64,000 nt of DNA from Alphaproteobacteria bacterium. Lineage in GTDB: Bacteria > Pseudomonadota > Alphaproteobacteria > CALKHQ01. The position numbers and the translations under genes are program-made. Where the stretch lies: NCBI GenBank assembly GCA_965227515.1, contig CBDDFZ010000001.1:3136001-3200000 (forward strand), read 5' to 3'. Under the pieces are notes generated by a model, which searched no databases, was not told the origin of the DNA, and saw only the letters and a program-made list of their open reading frames with translations. Positions 35,517 through 45,591 of this stretch are shown here, piece by piece. Within the stretch, counting starts at the first letter, position 1. Each line of letters opens with the position of its first letter.

Positions 35517-35738
35517 ATGTCGCCGCACCGACGCGTACCCAGGACGCCACCACGCCAAGGGCTGGAGGGGCGTGATGGGGCTCGCGGCGCGGCACGCGCT
35601 CGGTTCGCCGGGCCCGTGCCGGCGGCGGCGGTGTCTCGGCAAGCCGCCAACGACAACGCCGTGTCGGCCTGGATTTGGGTCTGGCGGGTTGTCGGCCTGG
35701 CGGCGCTGCTGACCGGTGCCTATTTCGCGATAGCCTGA
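35517..35738 (+). CDS. Small hypothetical single-TM protein with AANDN motif
   Basis: 73 aa between gltA and the terminator. Basic N-terminus, AANDN, hydrophobic C-terminus WIWVWRVVGLAALLTGAYFAIA. Confidence 0.55.
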   Translation: MSPHRRVPRTPPRQGLEGRDGARGAARARFAGPVPAAAVSRQAANDNAVSAWIWVWRVVGLAALLTGAYFAIA

Positions 35739-35756
35739 GCGTGCTCGGGCCAAATA

Positions 35757-35786
35757 AACAAGGGCGGCTCTCGAGCCGCCCTTTGT
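35757..35786. terminator. Probable bidirectional intrinsic terminator
   Basis: AAGGGCGGCTC-TC-GAGCCGCCCTT hairpin flanked by A- and T-rich tracts between convergent genes. Confidence 0.8.
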
Positions 35787-35808
35787 GTGTGCGTGGACTG
35801 AGGTTCGG

Positions 35809-36225
<417 letters not shown>

Positions 36226-36332
36226 GCTTTGCCCTCCCGTGGCATGCAGCCGGCACGGTGTCGAAACCGGCGCCCGATGTTTGGAATCCAACCCTGCAAT
36301 AGTGCCAGCCCGGCACGGCCAAGAACAAGGCG

Positions 36333-37508
36333 CTAGACTTTCGCACCGCCTGCTTTGTCGATTGTGGCAAGCACGGCGCGCGCGGCCCGCACGCTCGGCG
36401 CCTCCCCCTCCGCTCGCAACTGCTCTATCGCTTCGTGCTGCGCGCTTCGGATCGCCTCGGCGCGCTGTGCGTCGTTCAGCATCGCCGATATCTCCCTGGC
36501 GATCCGGGGGCCGGTGCACGCCCGCTGCAGGAGCTGCGGCACCGCAGGCCGATCCAGCACCAGATTGACCAGATTTGCGTATTTGATCCGGACCAGCAGG
36601 CTGACCGCCATCGCGGTAATCGGCGTCACCTTGTAGACGGTGACCGCCGGCGTGCCGGCCATTGCCAGTTCCAGCGATACGGTGCCGGAGGCGGCGATCG
36701 AGGCATTGGCCGCTGCCATGGCCGCGTATTTCTGTGCCGCGTCGTCGGAGACGATGGGCGACCCCGGCCAGTCGGCGGCAATTGCCCGGACGGTGTCGGC
36801 CAGATGCGGCACTGTCGGCACCACCAGGCGCAGGCCGGGGTGTGCCGCGGCCAGCAGGCCGACGGCTTCGGTCACCGGCGCCGCTAACTGGCCGACCTCG
36901 CCCCGCCGGCTACCCAGCAGGACCGCGACCACGGGGACATCGTCGGCAATGCCGTGCGCGCGCCGATATGCCGGGCCGTCGGCGTCCGCCGCCCCATACT
37001 CCAGGACCGGGTGGCCGACGAAGGTCGCAGCCAGTCCGACCCGTTCGAAGTACGGCGGCTCGAACGGCAGCAGCGTAAGCAGGTGGTCGAAGTGGCGCCG
37101 GAACTTGTAGACCCGCCATGGCCGCCATGCCCACACTGTCGGCGCGACGTAGTGGATGCGCGGCGTGGCACGGTCGGGCAGGCGCTTGACGAACCCGTGG
37201 GCGAACGCCGGTGCGTCGATGGTGACGATGGCGTGCGGCTGGAAGGCGTGCGCGGCATCGGCTGTCTGGCGCATGCGCCGGAACAGCGCGCGCGCCTTCG
37301 GCAACACCTCCGACACGCCCATCACCGAAAGCTCGGACATCGGAAACAGGCTTTCCAGGCCGGCAGCGGTCATCGCGTCGCCACCGACGCCGCGAAACTC
37401 TATTGGCCGGTCGGTGCAGTCCTTGAGGGCCGCCATCAGCCGGCCGCCGAGCGCGTCGCCCGAGGCCTCGCCGGCGACGAGGAAGATGCGAAGGGGACCC
37501 GCGGTCAT
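36333..37508 (-). CDS. lpxB: Lipid-A-disaccharide synthase
   Basis: AGEASGDALG, YVAPTVWAWR, LLPFEP, FVGHP, GSRRGE, SGTVSLE. Confidence 0.96.
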   Translation of the reverse strand: MTAGPLRIFLVAGEASGDALGGRLMAALKDCTDRPIEFRGVGGDAMTAAGLESLFPMSELSVMGVSEVLPKARALFRRMRQTADAAHAFQPHAIVTIDAPAFAHGFVKRLPDRATPRIHYVAPTVWAWRPWRVYKFRRHFDHLLTLLPFEPPYFERVGLAATFVGHPVLEYGAADADGPAYRRAHGIADDVPVVAVLLGSRRGEVGQLAAPVTEAVGLLAAAHPGLRLVVPTVPHLADTVRAIAADWPGSPIVSDDAAQKYAAMAAANASIAASGTVSLELAMAGTPAVTVYKVTPITAMAVSLLVRIKYANLVNLVLDRPAVPQLLQRACTGPRIAREISAMLNDAQRAEAIRSAQHEAIEQLRAEGEAPSVRAARAVLATIDKAGGAKV

Positions 37509-37524
37509 CGTGCTGCGCCGGCCG

Positions 37525-38376
37525 TCAACCGGCCGCGTCATTGTCGCGTTGCTCGACCGCGATGACGAAAAGTCCGTGCTGCCCGGCGAGCGCGCAGACG
37601 TCGTCCTTGTCGATGATCACCACGCCGCCGGCTTCGATGGCGATGCCGCGCAGCCCGGCCGCGGCGGCGTTGCGCACGGTGTCCGGGCCGATGGTCGGCA
37701 AGTCCAGGCGCCGGTCCTGGCGCGGCTTGACCATTTTCACAAGCACGCCGCCGGGCCCGTCGCGGCGCAGAGTGCCGGCGCGATCCAGCAGCGCATCGGT
37801 GCCCTCGATCGCCTCGACCCCCAGCACCATGCCTTGCTGGACAACCACCGCCTGGCCGACATCCACCGCGCCCAGGGCGCGCACGACCTCGCGGCCCCGG
37901 GATATGTCACGCTCGGCCATCTCGTCCGGCGCATCGCCGGCCAGCAGGCCAGCCTGGGCGGAGAGCTGCGCCAGCGCGTCATCCAGGCCGACCACGCGAA
38001 AACCCTCTTCGTGCAGCACTTGTGACAACGCGGTCAGCAGGGTGTCGTCGCCCGCGGCCTTCCAGCCGATACGCGCCAGGATGCGCGCGCCGGTCAGGTC
38101 GGGCCGCAACGCGCCCAGTGAGGGGCGCTTCACCCGGCCGACCATGATGACGTCGCGCACGTCTTCCTTGCGCAAGCGGTCCAGGATCTTGCCGGCCGCA
38201 CCCATGCGGATGGTCTCGCAGCCGATATCGCCACCCAGTTGCGCCGCCAGGTCCGCATCGGCCTGGCCCTCCAGCGCCACGACGAAGGGCGCGCGCCCCA
38301 TGTCGCGATAGATGCGCGCGAGCCTCAGCGGCAAGTCCCCGCCGCCGGCAATGATGCCGAGGCGCGACTGGGTCAT
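37525..38376 (-). CDS. lpxI: UDP-2,3-diacylglucosamine diphosphatase LpxI
   Basis: LGIIAGGGDLP, DVGQAVVV, EAIEGTDALL, QDRRLDLPTIG. Between lpxA and lpxB. Confidence 0.93.
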   Translation of the reverse strand: MTQSRLGIIAGGGDLPLRLARIYRDMGRAPFVVALEGQADADLAAQLGGDIGCETIRMGAAGKILDRLRKEDVRDVIMVGRVKRPSLGALRPDLTGARILARIGWKAAGDDTLLTALSQVLHEEGFRVVGLDDALAQLSAQAGLLAGDAPDEMAERDISRGREVVRALGAVDVGQAVVVQQGMVLGVEAIEGTDALLDRAGTLRRDGPGGVLVKMVKPRQDRRLDLPTIGPDTVRNAAAAGLRGIAIEAGGVVIIDKDDVCALAGQHGLFVIAVEQRDNDAAG

Positions 38377-39188
38377 GCCACGTCGACGGAGTCGTGCTGG
38401 GGTTGGCAGATGCCGCGGGTGGAGGTGCGAATGTGGTCGACGATCTTCATCACCGGCGCACTGTCACCGAACATCTGCACCACGTCGGCGATCCGCTCTT
38501 CCATGGTGCCTTCGGCCGCGAACAGCATCCGATAGGCGGTGCGCAGGGCGTGGATATCCTCGCGCGAGAAGTTGCGGCGCTTCAGTCCGATCAGGTTCAG
38601 GCCGCACAGCACCGCGCGCTGGCCCAGCACGGTGCCATAGGGGATGACGTCCTTCACCACCGCCGACATGCCGCCGATCATGGCATGCTCGCCGACCCGG
38701 CAGAACTGGTGCACGGCGCCGAAGCCGCCGATGACGACATGATCCTCGATGATGACGTGGCCGCCGAGCGTGCCGTTGTTGGCGAGGATGACGTTGTTGC
38801 CGACCTGGCAGTCATGCGCCACGTGGGCGGTCGCCATGAACAGGCAGTCGTCGCCGATGCGGGTGACCATGCCGCCGCCCTCGGTGCCCGTGTTGATGGT
38901 GACGTGCTCGCGGATCTTGGCGCGGGCGCCTATTTCCAGCGCCGAGTCCTCGCCCGCGTACTTCAGGTCCTGCGGTATCTGGCCGACGGATGCGAACGGG
39001 AAGATGATCGAGTCGGGGCCGACGGTCGTGCGGCCGGTGATCGCGACGTGCGGGTGCAGGGTGACGCCATCGTGCAGCGTGACCTTGCCGTCGACCACGC
39101 AAAAGGGACCGATGCTGACATTGTTGCCGATTTCGGCTTTGGGATCGATCACCGCCGTCGGGTGGATCCCGGCATGAACTGCGGTCAT
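38373..39188 (-). CDS. lpxA: UDP-GlcNAc acyltransferase
   Basis: Hexapeptide repeats, PQDLKY, HVAHDC, HQFCRVG, GLNLIGLKRR. Confidence 0.97.
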   Translation of the reverse strand: MTAVHAGIHPTAVIDPKAEIGNNVSIGPFCVVDGKVTLHDGVTLHPHVAITGRTTVGPDSIIFPFASVGQIPQDLKYAGEDSALEIGARAKIREHVTINTGTEGGGMVTRIGDDCLFMATAHVAHDCQVGNNVILANNGTLGGHVIIEDHVVIGGFGAVHQFCRVGEHAMIGGMSAVVKDVIPYGTVLGQRAVLCGLNLIGLKRRNFSREDIHALRTAYRMLFAAEGTMEERIADVVQMFGDSAPVMKIVDHIRTSTRGICQPQHDSVDVA

Positions 39189-39664
39189 ACGTCCGCCGGG
39201 TCGACGATCATCGCCGTAAACACGCCCTCGGCACACAACCGGCCCTTGACCTTGGCCTCGCCGCGGAACCGCCAGACCGTGCCGCGGTGGCGCTCCTTGA
39301 AGACGTGAAGCTCAAGCTGATCGCCCGGCCAGACCGGCTGGCGGAAACGGGCGTTATCGATGGCCATGAAGTAGACCAGCTTGCCCTCGCCCTCGGCGCC
39401 GATGGTGTGCACCACCAGCGCTGCTGCGGTCTGCGCCAGCGCCTCGACGATCATCACGCCCGGCATGACCGGCTGCTCGGGGAAATGGCCGACGAAATAC
39501 TGCTCGTTGATCGAGACGTTCTTGATGCCGATGGCGCTTTCGCCAGCACGCACCGCCACCATCTTCTCCAACATCAGGAAAGGGTATCGGTGCGGCAGAA
39601 TCTGCATGATATCGCCGATGTCGAGTTCTGAGGGTGGCGCGTCCGCCTTCAAGCCGGCCTCCAT
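39185..39664 (-). CDS. fabZ: 3-hydroxyacyl-ACP dehydratase
   Basis: LPHRYPFL, GHFPEQPVMPGVMIVEALAQ. Confidence 0.97.
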   Translation of the reverse strand: MEAGLKADAPPSELDIGDIMQILPHRYPFLMLEKMVAVRAGESAIGIKNVSINEQYFVGHFPEQPVMPGVMIVEALAQTAAALVVHTIGAEGEGKLVYFMAIDNARFRQPVWPGDQLELHVFKERHRGTVWRFRGEAKVKGRLCAEGVFTAMIVDPADV

Positions 39665-39668
39665 CGCT

Positions 39669-40706
39669 TCAGTCGTCTCCTCTTTGAGCAAGCCGCTCCA
39701 ATGTCTTGTGCAAGCGCAAAAACTGTTTGACCGGTATCGCCGGTGTGCCGCCCACGCGCACACCCGCAGGCACGTCTCGCGCGACGCCGGATGCGGCAGC
39801 GACCTGTGCCCCCTTACCGAGCGTAAGGTGGCCGGCGACACCTGCTTGCGCGGCCAGAATGACCCCGTCTTCCAGCTTGGTGCTGCCCGCGACACCCGAT
39901 TGCGCGACGAGAACACAACCGCGACCGATCCGAACGTTGTGCCCGATTTGCACCAGATTATCAATCATCGTGCCGTCGCCGATGACGGTGTCGGGACCGG
40001 TGCCGCGGTCGATGGTCGAGTTGGCGCCGATTTCCACATCGTCACCGACAATAACGCGGCCAACCTGGGGAATACGCAGGTGTCCCTCGGCCCGCATGGC
40101 GAAGCCGAATCCGCGCTCGCCGACGCGCACGCCGGAATGGATCAGGCATCTCCGGCCGATGTGGCAGTAGCCCAAGGTCGCGTTGTGGCGCACGACCGTG
40201 TCGTCGCCAATGATGACCGACGAACCGACGAGGGTGTTCGCGCCGATGTGTACCCGCTCGCCCAGGCGCGCGTCTTGCTGGACGACGACACCAGGCTCGA
40301 TGCGACATGACTCCGGAACCACGGCGCTGGGGTCGATGATCGCCGTCGGGGCGACCCAGGGCTCCGGCGCGTCCTCCGGGTAGAGCATTCCCGCGACCTT
40401 GGCATAGGCCAGGTACGGATCTCTCGTGAGCAGCAGCACCATGCCTTCGGGTGCCAGGTCTCGGACGTCGGGACGGACAATGCAGAACGCGGCCGTACTG
40501 GCCGCGAACGCATCCTTGTAGGCGCGGTTGTCCAGGAAGCTGATATGGCCGGCCCCGGCCCCGGCCCCGGCCTCGCCCAGCGGTGCGACGTCAACGATTT
40601 CAGCGCTTCGGTCCGCGTTTGCCGGCCACAATTCCGCGCCGACGGCGTCAGCGACATCGCCAAGTGCCAGCGGTCCGGCCCTGTTGAAGAAACTTGGATC
40701 TGCCAA
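39669..40706 (-). CDS. lpxD: UDP-3-O-acylglucosamine N-acyltransferase
   Basis: [30 protein letters not shown] start. Confidence 0.96.
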   Translation of the reverse strand: MADPSFFNRAGPLALGDVADAVGAELWPANADRSAEIVDVAPLGEAGAGAGAGHISFLDNRAYKDAFAASTAAFCIVRPDVRDLAPEGMVLLLTRDPYLAYAKVAGMLYPEDAPEPWVAPTAIIDPSAVVPESCRIEPGVVVQQDARLGERVHIGANTLVGSSVIIGDDTVVRHNATLGYCHIGRRCLIHSGVRVGERGFGFAMRAEGHLRIPQVGRVIVGDDVEIGANSTIDRGTGPDTVIGDGTMIDNLVQIGHNVRIGRGCVLVAQSGVAGSTKLEDGVILAAQAGVAGHLTLGKGAQVAAASGVARDVPAGVRVGGTPAIPVKQFLRLHKTLERLAQRGDD

Positions 40707-40803
40707 ATCTAACCTGCCCGACCGAAGTAACCCGCCTGACCGAAGTCGCCGCCTATGGTCATGATCCCGTGCCGCACGCCGTCATGCCATCCAGCGCGCA
40801 GGC

Positions 40804-43092
40804 TCAGAAACGGGTGCCAAAGCTCAGGCTGATCGCTTCGGTCTCATCGTATGTTTCTTGCGTCAACGGGTAGGCCCAGTTGACCCGGACCGGGCCAAAG
40901 GGCGAGTCCCAAATGAAGCCGACGCCCGCGGCGCTGCGAATGGAGCCTGTGTCGACCACGTTGGGCCCGGTCGCATCGACGCCGGTCAGCGTGCCGAAAT
41001 CGGCGAAGACCGCTGCGGTGACGCCGAGTTCGTCCGGCAAGCCGGTCGGGAACGTCATCTCGATGCTGCCGGTGGCGAAGCTGTTGCCGCCCAGGGCGTC
41101 GCCGCTGACGATGTCGCGGGGGCCGATGCCGCCGGGCTGGAACCCGCGCAGGTCGCGCCCGCCGACATAGAAGCGGTTCAGCACGTCCACGTCCTGCCCC
41201 AGCCCGTAGACGGTGCCGGCCTCCGCGGACACGCTGGCAATGATATCGTCGGTGATCGTGTAGTAGTAGCCGCTGCCCAGAGTGGCCTTCAAGAAGGCGA
41301 CATCGCCGCCGAGGCCGGCGAGATCGGTGCCAAAGCGCACGAAATAGCCCTCGGTGGGCTCGATGCGGCTATCGCGCTGGTCGTACAGGATGGCCTGGCC
41401 GATCAACGACGTCAGCCGCTCGCCGGCCGCTTCCTGCACGATGGCCGAAGCCGTCGGCGCGACATTGCTGATCTCGTCGTGGCGCAGCGTATAGCTCCAC
41501 GACTGGCTCAGCTCGTTGTTGATCCGATAGCCGGTGCGCAGCGTCACGCCGGTTTCCTCGGAGTCGAACTGCGCGATGTCCTGCCGGTCGCGCGTGACCC
41601 GGAAGATATCGAAGCCGGCCGTCAGGTTCCGCCCCAGGAAGTAGGGTTCGGTGAAGCTGAGCTCGATCTCCTGGCGGCTGCCGGAGAGCGACAGGCCGAG
41701 ACGCAGGTCCTGCCCCTTGCCCAGCAGGTTCCGCTCGCGGAGCGAAAAGTCGGCCAGCGCACCGTCGATGGTGGAATAGCCGGCGCCCAGGGCGAACTCG
41801 CCGGTCGACTTTTCCTCGACCTCGACCAGCAGCACGGTCTGATCCGGTGCGCTGCCTTCCTGGGTGGATATCTCCACGGTGTCGAAGTAGTCGAGATCGA
41901 CGATGTTCTGCTGCGAGCGCGACACCCGCGCCGAGTTGAAGGCGTCGCCCTCGACCAGCGCAATCTCGCGCCGAATGACCTCGTCCTCGGTGCGGACATT
42001 GCCCACGATCTCGATCCGCTCGACATAGACGCGCGGGCCTTCCTGAATGTCGTAGGTCAGGGCGACGGTCAGATTGTCCCGGTCGCGGTCGACGCGGGGC
42101 GTAATCTCGACAAAGGCATACCCCAACTCGCCGATGCGGTCGGTCAGGTTCTGGACCGATTGTTCCACCTCGCTGGCGTCGTACCAGTCGCCTTCGTAGG
42201 TCGTCACCTCGGCCAGGAGCTGATCCGGGGCCAAATCGGGCAGGCTGCTGACCAGGTCGATGCCGCCGAACTGGTACCGCTCGCCCTCGTCCAGGGTGAA
42301 GGTGATGAAGAAGCCATCGCCATCGGGCGACAGCTCGGCGATCGCGGAGATCAGCTCGAAGTCGGCATAGCCTTCGGCAAGATAGAAGTCGCGCAGCAAC
42401 TCCTGGTCGAAGGCCAGCCGATCCGGGTCGTAGGCATCGTTGGACGAGAAGATGCGCCAGAACGCCGACTCCTCGGTCAGGATCTCTTCGCGCAACGTAC
42501 CGTCGCTGAATTCGCGATTGCCGATGAAGCTGATCCGGCTGATGCCGGTGCGGTCGCCTTCGTCGATGGTGAACACCAGGTCGACCCGGTTCTGGTCGAG
42601 CTCGATGATCTCCGGCTCGACGCTGGCGGCGAAGCGCCCCGACCGTCGATACACTTCCAACAGGCGCGCGGCGTCGGCACTGACCTGCGTGCGCGTGAAC
42701 ACGACCCGCTGCCGGGACTCGATCTCCGCCTGCAGGTCGGCATCGTCGATGCGGTCGTTACCCTCGAATGCCACCCGGTTGATGATCGGGTTTTCCTCGA
42801 CGGTGATGCGCAGCACCCCATTGTCCAACGCCATGCTGACATCGGCGAACAGGCCGGTCGCGAACATCTCGCGCATCGACTTGTTGAGGATGAACGGATC
42901 GGCCGGATCGCCGACACCCAGCGGCAGATATGAGGTGACGGTCGCGGCCTCGATGCGCTGGTTGCCCTCCACAACGATCTGCTGAATGACCGGCGCGCTC
43001 TGGCTTTGGGCGACGGTCGCCGGCACTGCCAAGCCGATGCCGATGACACACAGCAACGCGGCCAGGCGCGGGAATTTGCGAAGGATCGTCAT
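40804..43092 (-). CDS. bamA: Outer membrane protein assembly factor BamA
   Basis: Signal peptide, POTRA repeats (EGNQRIE, ENPIINRVAFEGN), LRGF motif, SPFGP, terminal F. Confidence 0.97.
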   Translation of the reverse strand: MTILRKFPRLAALLCVIGIGLAVPATVAQSQSAPVIQQIVVEGNQRIEAATVTSYLPLGVGDPADPFILNKSMREMFATGLFADVSMALDNGVLRITVEENPIINRVAFEGNDRIDDADLQAEIESRQRVVFTRTQVSADAARLLEVYRRSGRFAASVEPEIIELDQNRVDLVFTIDEGDRTGISRISFIGNREFSDGTLREEILTEESAFWRIFSSNDAYDPDRLAFDQELLRDFYLAEGYADFELISAIAELSPDGDGFFITFTLDEGERYQFGGIDLVSSLPDLAPDQLLAEVTTYEGDWYDASEVEQSVQNLTDRIGELGYAFVEITPRVDRDRDNLTVALTYDIQEGPRVYVERIEIVGNVRTEDEVIRREIALVEGDAFNSARVSRSQQNIVDLDYFDTVEISTQEGSAPDQTVLLVEVEEKSTGEFALGAGYSTIDGALADFSLRERNLLGKGQDLRLGLSLSGSRQEIELSFTEPYFLGRNLTAGFDIFRVTRDRQDIAQFDSEETGVTLRTGYRINNELSQSWSYTLRHDEISNVAPTASAIVQEAAGERLTSLIGQAILYDQRDSRIEPTEGYFVRFGTDLAGLGGDVAFLKATLGSGYYYTITDDIIASVSAEAGTVYGLGQDVDVLNRFYVGGRDLRGFQPGGIGPRDIVSGDALGGNSFATGSIEMTFPTGLPDELGVTAAVFADFGTLTGVDATGPNVVDTGSIRSAAGVGFIWDSPFGPVRVNWAYPLTQETYDETEAISLSFGTRF

Positions 43093-43110
43093 GGTTCCAG
43101 AGAAGCGAGA

Positions 43111-44277
43111 TCAGCCTGTAAGGTTCTGAAAGAACGACACAATGCCATCGAATCGCATCAGGTCGATGACAGTGGTCGTCACAAATAGCCCAATAATCAC
43201 CACCAAGCCAAATCCCATCGAAAGCTCGATCGCGCGCTGCCCCAGCGGGCGCCCGCGGATACCCTCGATGGCATAGAACAGCAGGTGACCGCCATCCAGA
43301 ACCGGGATCGGGAACAGGTTGATCAGGCCCAGGCTGATGGACAGCAAGGCGATGAAGTTGATCATCGTGATGATGCCCAGGTCGGCCACCTGGCCGGACA
43401 TCTGCGCGATCCGCACCACGCCGCCGACATCGTCGGTGGAGCGCGACCCGATGATGATCTGGCCGACAGCGCGGAGCGTCATCACGCTGAGGTTGTAGGT
43501 CTCCGCAATCCCCGCGCCGACGGCGTCGATCGGCCCCAGTGGCTCGGCCGCCGACACCGTCTGGGTGATGCCGAGCTGGGCGACGCGGGTGACGTTGCCC
43601 AGCGGGTCGGTCCGCTCGACGATGCGCGGCGTGACCGTCAGCTCGACCTGGTTGCCGCCACGGTCGATCAGCAGCACCACCGGCGAGCCGTCGTTGATGT
43701 GAATGTGGCGCTGCAGTTCCTCGAAGGTGTCGATTTCGCTGCCATCGACCTCCAGGATGCGGTCGCCGGGCTGCATCCCGGCCTCTTCCGCCGCGCTGTC
43801 CTGCACCACCGTGCCGGCGATGGGGGCCGTCGTCGGTGCGCCGACGAACATGAACAGGCCGGCGAACACCACCGCGGCCAGGATAAAATTGGCAATCGGC
43901 CCGCCGGCGACGATGGCCATGCGCTGCCAGAGCCTTTTGTGCGGGAACGCCTGGGCGCGGTACTGCTCGTAGGTCAGCCCGTGCTTGTCCAGCATCTCCT
44001 GCATGGCCGGGTCGTTCCGCATGTCCTCCGGCCCGGTCAGCGACTGCTCGCCGCCCAGCATCTTGACGTAGCCGCCCAGCGGCAGCGCACTCACCCGCCA
44101 GCGGGTGCCGCGCCGGTCGCGCCAGCCGAACAGTTCCGGCCCGAAGCCGATGGAGAACACCTCAACCTTCACGCCGCACCAGCGCGCGGTCAGGTAATGG
44201 CCCAGCTCATGAATGAAGACCAGAACGGTCAAGACGATCAGAAACGGGATCGCGATGTCCGCTATGAAGTCCAGCAT
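43111..44277 (-). CDS. rseP: RIP metalloprotease RseP
   Basis: HELGH, LPLGGYVKM, PDZ domain, NLFPIPVLDGGH. Confidence 0.96.
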   Translation of the reverse strand: MLDFIADIAIPFLIVLTVLVFIHELGHYLTARWCGVKVEVFSIGFGPELFGWRDRRGTRWRVSALPLGGYVKMLGGEQSLTGPEDMRNDPAMQEMLDKHGLTYEQYRAQAFPHKRLWQRMAIVAGGPIANFILAAVVFAGLFMFVGAPTTAPIAGTVVQDSAAEEAGMQPGDRILEVDGSEIDTFEELQRHIHINDGSPVVLLIDRGGNQVELTVTPRIVERTDPLGNVTRVAQLGITQTVSAAEPLGPIDAVGAGIAETYNLSVMTLRAVGQIIIGSRSTDDVGGVVRIAQMSGQVADLGIITMINFIALLSISLGLINLFPIPVLDGGHLLFYAIEGIRGRPLGQRAIELSMGFGLVVIIGLFVTTTVIDLMRFDGIVSFFQNLTG

Positions 44278-44364
44278 GTCATCTGTCCTAACAACCCTCG
44301 CGCCCGCGCCTCGCCGACCTGGCGAGGCCCCCACGCCGCGTCGCGCTTGCCGACGACAACATAG

Positions 44365-45540
44365 TCACAGCGCGCGCCGTTCAACAACCCTCTCTGCCAC
44401 CTGCCGCGCCCCACGGTCGGCGTCGAACACGTCGTCCAGGCACGCTATCGGCGAAAACGACATCTCATCAAGGGTTTGCGCGATCACATCGGTCATGACG
44501 AGGTAGCCGAGGCGGCGTTCGAGAAACGCTGCAACCGCCACTTCGTTCGCTGCATTGAGCGCGATCGGCGCACTGCCCCCTGCCGACAGTGCCTGGTCTG
44601 CCAGATCCAGCGCGGGAAATCGCGTCCGGTCCGGCGTCTCGAAAGTCAACTGCCCGATCGCGGCAAGATCAAGGCGGTCGCCCGGCAGCGCAAGCCGCTC
44701 CGGCCAGCCGAGGGCATAGGCTATGGGGACGCGCATGTCCGGCAGGCCAAGCTGCGCCAGTACCGATCCGTCGCGATAGGCGACCATGCTGTGCACGATG
44801 GACTGCGGGTGCACCACCACCTCGATCTGGGCGTGCGTGACCGGGAACAGCCGTGCCGCCTCGATCACCTCCAGGCCCTTGTTCATCATGGTGGCGCTGT
44901 CGACCGAGATCTTGGCGCCCATGTCCCAGTTGGGATGGGCGACCGCCTGCTCCGGCGTGACGTCGGCCAGCGTCTCACGCGGGCGCTCACGGAACGGTCC
45001 GCCGGATGCCGTCAGGATGATTTTATCTATGGTTTTCGGCTGGTTGCGGTCCAATACTTGAAAGATCGCATTATGTTCGGAATCGACCGGCAGCAGGGTC
45101 GCGCCATGCCGCGCCGCGGCACCGGTCATCAATTCGCCGGCACAGACCAGGCTTTCCTTGCTGGCAAGCCCCACCGCGGCACCGCGTTCCACCGCCGCCA
45201 TCATCGGTGCAAGTGCTGCGAAGCCGACGATGCCGCCCATCACGAAATCGGTGGGCCGTCGCGCCGCCTCCACCACTGCGTCCGGACCGGCAGCGACCTC
45301 GATGCCGCTGCCTTCGAGCGCTGTCTTCAGCGCCGCATGGTGAACGGCATTGCCGATGGCGACGAATTCCGGCGCGTGCCGGCGCGCGGCGGCGATCAAC
45401 GCATCTACACTGTTGTTCGCGGTCAGCGCCGAGACCCGAAAACGGTCCCGATGGCGGTCGATCACATCCAGGGTCTGCTGGCCGACCGATCCGGTGGCGC
45501 CGAGCACCGCGACGCTGCGTTGCGGCCCCTGCTCCGTCAC
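44365..45540 (-). CDS. dxr: 1-deoxy-D-xylulose-5-phosphate reductoisomerase
   Basis: LGATGSVG, PVDSEHNAIFQ, TASGGPFR, HPNWDMGAKISVDSATMMNKGLE. Confidence 0.97.
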   Translation of the reverse strand: MTEQGPQRSVAVLGATGSVGQQTLDVIDRHRDRFRVSALTANNSVDALIAAARRHAPEFVAIGNAVHHAALKTALEGSGIEVAAGPDAVVEAARRPTDFVMGGIVGFAALAPMMAAVERGAAVGLASKESLVCAGELMTGAAARHGATLLPVDSEHNAIFQVLDRNQPKTIDKIILTASGGPFRERPRETLADVTPEQAVAHPNWDMGAKISVDSATMMNKGLEVIEAARLFPVTHAQIEVVVHPQSIVHSMVAYRDGSVLAQLGLPDMRVPIAYALGWPERLALPGDRLDLAAIGQLTFETPDRTRFPALDLADQALSAGGSAPIALNAANEVAVAAFLERRLGYLVMTDVIAQTLDEMSFSPIACLDDVFDADRGARQVAERVVERRAL

Positions 45541-45591
45541 GGCCCCCGCTCCGTCACGGTCCCCACTCCGTCACGGCCCCCACTCCGTCAC
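45524..45591 (-). repeat. 4 x 17-bp tandem repeat spanning the cdsA stop and dxr start; encodes three coupled 6-aa minigenes
   Basis: Minus strand units GTGACGGAGTGGGGGCC / GTGACGGAGTGGGGACC / GTGACGGAGCGGGGGCC / GTGACGGAGCAGGGGCC. Confidence 0.9.

Noticed and set aside
45524-45591. Possible CRISPR-like array
   Set aside because: Units are contiguous with no spacers, and no cas genes are present.
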